Assembly: GCA_036785375.1 (NCBI GenBank)
Contig: JAWMAR010002012.1
Coordinates: forward strand, 62,001 to 126,000
Direction of reading: 5' to 3'
Source: Leucoraja ocellata
Lineage: Eukaryota
Length of the DNA: 64,000 nt
Shown here: positions 60,901 to 64,000 of the stretch, piece after piece
How the letters are laid out: the number at the start of each line of letters is the position of its first letter
How positions within the stretch are numbered: the stretch's first letter is position 1
Program-made: the position numbers and the translations under genes
Notes under the pieces: model-generated
The model's input: only the letters and a program-made list of their open reading frames with translations
What the model was told of the DNA's origin: nothing
Databases searched by the model: none

Positions 60901-62188
60901 CAGGGATGCCCTGGCGAGGGACCCCGCTCCAGATGGTAAGTCCCCGCCGCGTCCGCGGTAGAAGTAGGCCGCGGGCCCGCGGTCGGAGCTTCTTCTTCTC
61001 CCGGGTACCCAACGGGATCCCAGGTTGCGGACGCCGCCAGCTGCAGCTCCGCAGACCGCGGCTTCAGACTGCCGCGGGCCAGCGAACGGAGCGCTCCCCT
61101 CCGGCGCCCCCGGCGAGTGCTCGCCTGCTCCACGCCGAGAGTCCACGTTGCGCCCGCCGGTGAAGCCCGGGCGCGTGTCCGGGAAAGGCCGCACTGATCC
61201 TCGATGTTAGGCCACGAAGGAGGCGACACGGAAAAAGTCGTGGAGGAGGCGACCGAAACGGTTTCCCCCTCACCCCCCCCCCCCCCCCCATACCAACCCC
61301 CACACAAGACACACAGAAATACACCAAAAACACACATTAGGACACACAAATTTTTTTTTAAAGTAGAAAAAACTAACACGCTGCTGGCAATTTGTTTTGT
61401 GTGGGCTTGCATGCGTCCCCCCACCGACCTGTATAGGAGTATAGGAGGAAATAGGTTGTTCTGCAGTTGTACAGGGCCTTAGTGAGACCACACCTAGAGT
61501 ATTGTGTGCAGTTTTGGTCTCCAAATTTGAGGAAGCGCATGCTTGCTATTTAGGGAGTATGCGTATGTTTACAGGATTAATTCGCGGGATGGCGGGACTG
61601 TCATATCCTGAGAGAATGGAGCGGCTGGGTTTGTATACTCTGGAATTTAAAAGAATGAGAGGGGATCTTATTGAAACATATAAGATTATTAAGGGTTTGG
61701 ACAGTGGGGAAGTGATACAATCTTAATCTGAGAAATATGGGTAAGACGGCTGCAAGTCGAAATAATAAATAAAGAGCAACCACTATCAATCAAGGGGTAA
61801 GATGATCTAATATTGAGGAACATTGGCACAAAATTCCCTCCTTCAACAGATAATATTTTCAATTAAATAATGTTCTTCAATGTGCATTCCCTTATAAATA
61901 AATCGTGTGGAATTAAATGTTAATGGAATGGGAATGGGACATGTTCAGTAACAATGTCGCTTTTCAAATCGCAATTTTGATTGTTAAGCATAGTAAGGTT
62001 ATTTCTCTCGACAAAATAAAAATCGCTATATACAATTTACCCGTGTCTTTCGTTCGCAGGCTCTCGTCTATAAGTATAATGATACGTTATCCGATAGTGC
62101 ATGGTCAATGCCTGCACCAAAACATTGGATTTGCATTTACCTTTTAGCTGACTCGAGGTGCATGAAATCCTTTCAAATATCGACTGCC
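149..62188 (-). CDS. Internal part of a multi-microexon gene encoding a long heptad-repeat (coiled-coil) region; >=35 exons, ~363 aa; both ends lie outside the window
   Basis: Manually spliced peptide: [16 protein letters not shown]|DESLRTKDT|[12 protein letters not shown]|DALSIQKIK|ELEEKLKNA|EEKMLSTQK|[12 protein letters not shown]|EETLSLKET|EFSQCRID|DEELREKDG|[12 protein letters not shown]|EYDLESKDA|[12 protein letters not shown]|DINKRSYVD|DEELREKDA|[12 protein letters not shown]|EEKMRLGKG|[12 protein letters not shown]|DGSMHQKEA|[12 protein letters not shown]|DEIMRQREA|[12 protein letters not shown]|GGNIHQNET|DEPMHQNDT|[12 protein letters not shown]|DGKMRQYEA|[12 protein letters not shown]|DETTRQKEA|[12 protein letters not shown]|DEPILQHDA|[12 protein letters not shown]|DDRAHQNEE|[12 protein letters not shown]|EEKMVQNGG|[12 protein letters not shown]. 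All exons AG/GT, phase 1-1, no stops. Confidence 0.88.
737..1030. mobile_element. Putative non-autonomous DNA transposon fragment (PIF/Harbinger-like end)
   Basis: Begins gcccctgtcccactta, resembling termini of fish Harbinger-type MITEs; partner TIR not seen. Confidence 0.3.
1050..1735 (-). mobile_element. Degraded Gypsy/Ty3 LTR-retrotransposon pol fragment (RNase H region)
   Basis: ORF 1235-1516 '[12 protein letters not shown]...[13 protein letters not shown]...[12 protein letters not shown]'; upstream frame has CDAS and [16 protein letters not shown] motifs. Confidence 0.85.
1740..2835 (-). mobile_element. Putative non-autonomous Helitron-like element, cut by the assembly gap
   Basis: Minus strand starts tcttttatactaaaactgatttg (Helitron-type 5' TC + TA-rich start), similar to the element at 48071; GC-rich middle; 3' CTAG end not confirmed. 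Confidence 0.35.
2836..3299. other. Assembly gap (N run); could hide exons
   Basis: Run of N. Confidence 0.99.
3644..3735 (-). mobile_element. LINE (L2/Rex1-type) 3' tail
   Basis: Minus strand ends aataaac followed by (ATTC)n. Confidence 0.5.
3945..3971 (-). CDS. 27-nt microexon EEKMVQNGG
   Basis: tgttaacag|AGGAAAAAATG...GGAGGAG|gtaaaa. Confidence 0.8.
4713..4748 (-). CDS. 36-nt microexon [12 protein letters not shown]
   Basis: cagacttag|ACATCGTAG...GAAACAG|gtcagg. Confidence 0.8.
5395..5500 (-). mobile_element. Penelope-like element pseudo-LTR fragment with minimal hammerhead ribozyme motif
   Basis: Minus strand CTGAAGA-aaGGTC-tc-GACC-c-GAAA-CGTC followed by acccattccttctctccagagatgctgcc. 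Confidence 0.65.
7466..7492 (-). CDS. 27-nt microexon DDRAHQNEE
   Basis: aataacag|ACGACAGA...GAAGAAG|gtaaat. Confidence 0.8.
8378..8413 (-). CDS. 36-nt microexon [12 protein letters not shown]
   Basis: ctattttag|ATATCACAACG...GACACAG|gtcagg. Confidence 0.82.
9903..9929 (-). CDS. 27-nt microexon DEPILQHDA
   Basis: tattaacag|ACGAACCA...GACGCAG|gtagat. Confidence 0.78.
10135..10510. repeat. C/A-rich low-complexity tract (G-rich on the sense strand)
   Basis: Runs of ccccacac/ccctccc replacing part of the repeat unit. Confidence 0.9.
10571..10606 (-). CDS. 36-nt microexon [12 protein letters not shown]
   Basis: ccattttag|AAATCACAATG...GAAACAG|gtcagg. Confidence 0.85.
12815..12841 (-). CDS. 27-nt microexon DETTRQKEA
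   Basis: cattaacag|ACGAAACC...GAAGCAG|gtaaat. Confidence 0.82.
13714..13749 (-). CDS. 36-nt microexon [12 protein letters not shown]
   Basis: ccattttag|AAATCAGGACG...GAAACAG|gtcagg. Confidence 0.85.
15112..15575 (-). mobile_element. GC-rich non-autonomous retroposon with LINE-type 3' tail, inserted in one array copy
   Basis: Minus strand ends ...gacaaataaattgtactgttttgtattgtattg; tail resembles that at 56830-56925; absent from other copies. Confidence 0.6.
16546..16572 (-). CDS. 27-nt microexon DGKMRQYEA
   Basis: attaacag|ACGGGAAAATG...GAAGCAG|gtaaat. Confidence 0.82.
17080..17715 (+). mobile_element. Degraded Gypsy/Ty3 reverse transcriptase fragment inserted in one array copy
   Basis: [29 protein letters not shown]...[25 protein letters not shown]. 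Confidence 0.88.
17783..17818 (-). CDS. 36-nt microexon [12 protein letters not shown]
   Basis: tcttttctag|ACGTCATAACG...GAAGCAG|gtcagg. Confidence 0.85.
18856..18990 (+). mobile_element. LINE 3' end with long (ATT)n microsatellite tail (~18920-18990)
   Basis: gtacagcactttg...gtgctctataaataaagtt then (ATT)n; copy-specific insertion. Confidence 0.7.
20035..20061 (-). CDS. 27-nt microexon DEPMHQNDT
   Basis: tattaacag|ACGAACCAATG...GACACAG|gtgaat. Confidence 0.78.
20576..20812. mobile_element. hAT-like MITE with 8-bp target-site duplication
   Basis: Flanked by tgctagaa (20568-75) and tgttagaa (20813-20); right end ggttgggaacccttg is hAT-type; left TIR eroded. Confidence 0.6.
22497..22523 (-). 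CDS. 27-nt microexon GGNIHQNET (possibly skipped)
   Basis: tattgacag|GGGGAAAC...GAAACAG|gtaaat. Confidence 0.68.
23441..23476 (-). CDS. 36-nt microexon [12 protein letters not shown] with deletion-derived weak donor
   Basis: ccattttag|AAATCACAACG...GAAACAG|gttcgc. Confidence 0.7.
23790..24715 (+). mobile_element. Penelope-like element reverse transcriptase fragment
   Basis: [16 protein letters not shown]...[12 protein letters not shown]...[11 protein letters not shown]...RYIDDCIG; downstream IYYKPTDSH motif. Confidence 0.88.
25976..26002 (-). CDS. 27-nt microexon DEIMRQREA
   Basis: attaacag|ACGAAATAATG...GAAGCAG|gtaaag. Confidence 0.83.
26976..27011 (-). CDS. 36-nt microexon [12 protein letters not shown]
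   Basis: ccattttag|ATATCGCAAAG...GAAACAG|gtcagg. Confidence 0.85.
27535..27561 (-). CDS. 27-nt microexon DGSMHQKEA
   Basis: taataacag|ACGGAAGC...GAAGCAG|gtaaat. Confidence 0.8.
27715..28640. mobile_element. Composite insertion: CR1 ORF1 SGNH-esterase halves in opposite orientations flanking a Rex1/Babar-type RT fragment
   Basis: + 27818-27990 [14 protein letters not shown]...[11 protein letters not shown]; - 27990-28360 [11 protein letters not shown]...[15 protein letters not shown]...[12 protein letters not shown]; - 28370-28441 [15 protein letters not shown]. Confidence 0.8.
28690..29430 (+). mobile_element. Old Rex1/Babar-like LINE fragment belonging to the cassette
   Basis: LLRDCV.SVDW...TEYL.VVTDFI...[12 protein letters not shown]...APGPD; homologous to 32120-32925. 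Confidence 0.65.
29852..30155 (+). mobile_element. CR1 LINE 3' end
   Basis: ttctcacagagagtggtgagtgtggaattctctgcctcagaggg...ggctcgaagggccgaatggc, with a ctattgt repeat tail. Confidence 0.85.
30257..30292 (-). CDS. 36-nt microexon [12 protein letters not shown]
   Basis: acaatttag|AAATCTCAACG...GAAACAG|gtcagt. Confidence 0.85.
30410..30855. mobile_element. CR1 fragments (RT C-terminal part on minus, endonuclease part on plus)
   Basis: cagcgagtacaggcc...ctggaccctctccagagccagcacatcc; plus-strand GVY.R..NS and GDFSF.NIDW motifs. Confidence 0.7.
31190..31216 (-). CDS. 27-nt microexon EEKMRLGKG
   Basis: tattgacag|AGGAAAAAATG...AAAGGAG|gtaaat. Confidence 0.8.
32120..32925 (+). mobile_element. Old Rex1/Babar-like LINE fragment (longest version of the cassette-resident fossil)
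   Basis: [23 protein letters not shown]...FNSGDAD...ISSYKAK...FSDELN. Confidence 0.7.
33100..33135 (-). CDS. 36-nt microexon [12 protein letters not shown]
   Basis: ccaatttag|AAATCACAGCG...GAAACAG|gtcagg. Confidence 0.85.
33490..34250 (-). mobile_element. Rex1/Babar-type LINE RT fragment
   Basis: [42 protein letters not shown]. Confidence 0.8.
34250..34612 (-). mobile_element. GC-rich retroposon / LINE 5' region fragment
   Basis: Minus strand begins gtggtggcgccgtcggcgatggcagtctgtcgg plus a T-rich tract, like the element at 54695. Confidence 0.45.
34628..34654 (-). CDS. 27-nt microexon DEELREKDA
   Basis: actttgcag|ATGAAGAATTA...GATGCAG|gtatgg. Confidence 0.88.
35150..36545. mobile_element. 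Degraded CR1 fragments (minus ~35150-35480; plus RT ~35660-36545)
   Basis: [10 protein letters not shown]...DVIYFDFQ; HCEQFWGP; LTALGLYSL. Confidence 0.8.
36622..36654 (-). CDS. Candidate 33-nt microexon [11 protein letters not shown]
   Basis: gttttgcag|ATGAAAAC...AAAATGA|gtgaac; in frame, but ends in A and the donor is weaker. Confidence 0.35.
   Translation of the reverse strand: MKTYLRLKPK
36990..37200 (+). mobile_element. Degraded tRNA-derived SINE (HE1-like) body
   Basis: tgatcgcgtgggtt...cccatatcccaaagacatacaggtt. Confidence 0.5.
37567..37593 (-). CDS. 27-nt microexon DINKRSYVD
   Basis: ttcccttag|ATATTAATAAG...GTGGACG|gtaagt. Confidence 0.85.
38200..38312 (+). mobile_element. CR1 3' end
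   Basis: gatgatcagccatgatcacattgaatggc...cgaagggccgaatggc. Confidence 0.8.
38330..38890 (+). mobile_element. Fragment of a HERO/R2-group non-LTR retrotransposon (RLE class), region before the Zn-knuckle
   Basis: [10 protein letters not shown]...[20 protein letters not shown]...[17 protein letters not shown]. Confidence 0.75.
39581..39616 (-). CDS. 36-nt microexon [12 protein letters not shown]
   Basis: tgtttgtttag|AACTAGTC...CTTTCAG|gtaagg. Confidence 0.88.
39980..41770 (+). mobile_element. Degraded Rex1/Babar-type LINE (EN, RT, 3' UTR) interrupted by a Penelope pLTR at ~40580-40740
   Basis: TAVYIP; [20 protein letters not shown]...[18 protein letters not shown]. Confidence 0.8.
41894..42041. 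repeat. Minisatellite: 7 copies of ATGTGACACGGAATATACAT (two copies have an extra TCAT)
   Basis: Directly visible, 5x20 + 2x24 nt, no spacers. Confidence 0.95.
42450..42476 (-). CDS. 27-nt microexon EYDLESKDA
   Basis: ctatttgcag|AATATGAT...GATGCAG|gtaaca. Confidence 0.87.
43410..43950 (-). mobile_element. CR1 3' fragment
   Basis: [36 protein letters not shown]. Confidence 0.88.
44230..44800 (-). mobile_element. Degraded Rex1/L2-type LINE 3' fragment
   Basis: gagctgttcccaaacca...gtgatgca and aggtacagagtaaaagc blocks typical of this tail. Confidence 0.45.
45737..45772 (-). CDS. 36-nt microexon [12 protein letters not shown]
   Basis: ttacttgcag|AAATAGCATCT...GAAACAG|gtcagt. Confidence 0.88.
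46860..47130 (+). mobile_element. Degraded Penelope-like pLTR
   Basis: Pyrimidine-rich stretch then cgaaacgtcacacatccatgctctccagtgatgctgc. Confidence 0.5.
47605..47631 (-). CDS. 27-nt microexon DEELREKDG
   Basis: tttgttacag|ACGAAGAACTA...GATGGAG|gtgtcg; near-identical to the exon at 34628. Confidence 0.82.
48071..48400 (+). mobile_element. Putative non-autonomous Helitron-like 5' fragment
   Basis: Starts tctagtactataaaactctgatcttg. Confidence 0.35.
48725..48748 (-). CDS. 24-nt microexon EFSQCRID
   Basis: ttttttctcgggttcag|AATTTTCCC...ATTGATG|gtaagt. Confidence 0.82.
50335..50562. mobile_element. Inverted pair of Penelope-like pLTR fragments with degenerate hammerhead motif
   Basis: Plus-strand ctgaagaagggtctcgacccgaagcgtg at ~50434-50461 facing a reverse copy at 50335-50425. 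Confidence 0.6.
50781..50807 (-). CDS. 27-nt microexon EETLSLKET
   Basis: cttccaaaag|AAGAAACA...GAGACAG|gtaact; NAGNAG allows a 24-nt variant. Confidence 0.7.
51043..51435. other. GA-rich low-complexity tract (51043-51173) running into an assembly gap (51174-51435)
   Basis: Visible. Confidence 0.95.
51497..51532 (-). CDS. 36-nt microexon [12 protein letters not shown]
   Basis: ttaaatttcag|AAAAGGAATCA...CAAATAG|gtgaga. Confidence 0.85.
51640..53290 (-). mobile_element. Two degraded CR1 fragments
   Basis: [16 protein letters not shown]; [10 protein letters not shown]; YKIKRGI. Confidence 0.85.
53295..53520. mobile_element. Possible partial LTR
   Basis: Starts tgtagtgg (TG terminus), GC-richer than flanks; no partner LTR. 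Confidence 0.25.
53656..53682 (-). CDS. 27-nt microexon EEKMLSTQK
   Basis: ttttctatag|AGGAAAAAATG...CAAAAAG|gtaatt. Confidence 0.85.
53793..53819 (-). CDS. 27-nt microexon ELEEKLKNA
   Basis: tatattgcag|AATTAGAAG...AATGCGG|gtaaat. Confidence 0.85.
54695..56925 (+). mobile_element. GC-rich retroposon (54695-55045 and 56450-56925, internal 21-bp tandem repeats) split by a nested CR1
   Basis: 5' ggaagtggcggcgctgttaacagc; ggacctgaggctgcgggactc repeats; 3' tail gacaataaagg(aatc/ttcaaa)n. Confidence 0.6.
55056..56430 (-). mobile_element. Relatively young 5'-truncated CR1 LINE (RT + 3' UTR)
   Basis: [12 protein letters not shown]...[14 protein letters not shown]...[17 protein letters not shown]...YADDTK...[16 protein letters not shown]; (ataac)n tail. 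Confidence 0.95.
57847..57873 (-). CDS. 27-nt microexon DALSIQKIK
   Basis: ttgcctgggcag|ATGCACTA...ATTAAAG|gtaata. Confidence 0.7.
58180..59140 (+). mobile_element. Highly degraded CR1 RT/3' fragment
   Basis: GVLQESMPG...IYINDF; ggagtttaatgcagaaaa; ttggagtatagtgttcag. Confidence 0.75.
59607..59890 (+). mobile_element. tRNA-derived SINE (HE1-like), degraded
   Basis: ggcgcagcacaatgacgcagc...gcgccagagaccccggttagatc...gtgggccgaatggcctgtt. Confidence 0.65.
59909..59944 (-). CDS. 36-nt microexon [12 protein letters not shown]
   Basis: tttcgcctcag|AATTTAGC...GAAAGAG|gtgaga. Confidence 0.87.
60530..61430 (-). mobile_element. GC-rich retroposon of the same type as 54695-56925
   Basis: Shared layout (T-rich tract, G run, GC-rich body, ...gtggtggatgtt...ctgctggcaaattcatttcactt tail). 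Confidence 0.6.
61430..61705 (+). mobile_element. CR1 RT C-terminal fragment
   Basis: [19 protein letters not shown]...[26 protein letters not shown]. Confidence 0.9.
62041..62067 (-). CDS. 27-nt microexon DESLRTKDT
   Basis: tacttatag|ACGAGAGC...GACACGG|gtaaat. Confidence 0.85.
62141..62188 (-). CDS. 48-nt exon [16 protein letters not shown]
   Basis: tctataacag|GGCAGTCG...CTAAAAG|gtaaat; 73-nt intron to the next exon. Confidence 0.65.
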
Positions 62189-62549
62189 CTGTTATAGAAT
62201 TTTTCTGTTAATGATATTTCTAAATCTTTGACCGTATTATTGTATTGGCTAAGCGGCACACCAGCAGAAAGTTCCACTAATTTTCACGTCACATTCCAGT
62301 TTCCTTAACTACTTAACTGAGCTGACAAGTTAACCGTCATCGTCAAAATGCACCCCCACCCCCCCCCCCCCCCCCTTCAAACTGAACCTGCTATGTAATT
62401 AACTAAATTTGTGGCTGACTTGATTTTAACTGAATTCCACTCAACATTCCGATCAATGAGCGGCAAATTGCACCTGTCATTCAGAAAATATGGTTTCATC
62501 ATTTTCGGCTATAAACCTAGATGCAAAATGCGCCGAGGAAATTGAATTC

Positions 62550-63820
62550 ATAAGATCGTGATAGTAGCAGAACTAGGCTATACTGCCCATCATCTACTCG
62601 CCATTCATTCATGGCTGATCTATCTCTGCATCCGAACCCCATTCTCCTGCCTTCTCCTCATAACATCTGACACCCGTACTAATGTTAAATCTATCTATTT
62701 CTGCCTTAAACATATCCACAGCCTTCTGTTGCAAAGAATTCTACAGATTCACCACCCTCTCACTAAATAAATTCCTCCACAATACCTTTCTAAAATAATG
62801 TCATTTAATTCAGAATATATGACCTCTCGTCCTAGACTCTCCCACTAGTGGAAACATCCTCTCAACATCCATTCTATCCAAGCCTTTCAATATTCTGTAA
62901 GATTAACCGAGGTCTCCGTCATTCTTGTAATCTCCTGCGAGTGCAGGCCCAGTGCCGTCAAACGCTCTTCATACTCACTCATTCTTATAAACCTCCTATA
63001 GACCATGTCCAGCGTCAGCACATCCTTCCCCAGATACAATGCCAATGATTACTCACAATATTCCCCATGCAGCCTGACTAGCGCCTCGTGGAGCCTCAGC
63101 TTTGCATTCCTATTTTTGTATACCAGTCCACTAAAAATATATGCTAGCATTTCGTTTCTTTTCTTTATTACCGTTTCGACTTGTAGATTAACTTTTTGGA
63201 AATCCTGCACCAGCACTCGCAAGTCCATTTGCACCTATGATTTCTGGATTCTCTCCCCATTTAGAAAATGATCTACGCCTTTATTCCAACTACCAAAATA
63301 TTTGACTTCACTATTTGCTACACTATATTCCATCTGCCACTTCTCTGCCCACTCTCTCATTCAATTCAAGTCTTTCTGCATAATCCCTGCTGTCTCTGCA
63401 CTATCTTCCCCTCCACCTATTTTTGTATCATCCGCAAACTTTCCCACAAAGCCTTCACTACCATCAACCAAACCAACAATATACAACGCGAAGAGCAGCG
63501 CCCCCAACCGCGAGCCCTGGGAGACTCCGCTAGTCTCTGGCAGCCAACCAGAAAGAGCCCCCTTTATTACCACTCTTTGCCTTGTATCACCCAACCAATC
63601 TGATATCCGTATTGATTCACCGTTACTTAACCATGAGTTACTTGTCGACAATAGAAACATAGAAGCATAGAAAAATACGTGCAGGAATAGGCCATTCGGC
63701 CCTTCGAGCCATTCAATATGATTATGGCTGATCATCTAAAATCTATACCCCGTTCCTGCTTTTTCCCCATATCCCTTAATTCCTGTGGGTCCAAGAGCGA
63801 AATCGAACTATCTCTTGAAA
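62550..63820 (-). mobile_element. CR1 fragments (RT 62550-63640; separate 3' end 63655-63820)
   Basis: ISDWLGDTRQRVVI.G..SGW...SGVSQGS.LG.LLF.LYI...KFADDTKIGG. Confidence 0.9.
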
Positions 63821-64000
63821 TTAATCTCTGAATATTAACATATTTCCACGTATCATGCTGTATAATCTTTAACAATTCGATTGTCGCATGTTTTCTCGTG
63901 TCGGGCAATCAGTAAACTGGCGGTTCCTTGCTTTTTATTCTCCATCCAATTCACTTAGATTAAATACGCTACATTTTGTATTTTTCAGTGGAATGGAATG

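Noticed and set aside
60606-61424. 272-aa ORF
   Set aside because: Stop-poor GC-rich repeat with overlapping ORFs in several frames and no recognisable domain.

Overview
Eukaryotic, repeat-rich genomic DNA with two N-gaps. The CR1, Rex1/Babar, Penelope-like and HE1-like SINE content suggests a cartilaginous fish, probably a skate or ray (inference). The supplied ORF track is almost all transposon fossils or noise. The real content is one gene on the minus strand that spans the whole window; neither its start nor its stop was found here. It is built from at least 35 microexons: 19 of 27 nt, 14 of 36 nt, one of 24 nt and one of 48 nt. All are AG/GT-bounded, symmetric phase 1-1, end in G and have no in-frame stop. 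Spliced, they give about 363 aa (1089 nt in ~62 kb) of coiled-coil-like sequence. A 27-nt plus 36-nt exon pair encodes exactly 21 aa, or three heptads (consensus DExMRQxEA|[12 protein letters not shown]). From ~3.8 to ~33.5 kb this two-exon cassette and its introns were tandemly amplified about 10 times, plus one remnant with no exons; spacing is 1.6-3.7 kb. The architecture recalls the heptad-exon tails of butyrophilin/MOG/chicken BG genes, but no Ig, TM or B30.2 exon is visible, so identity is unproven.
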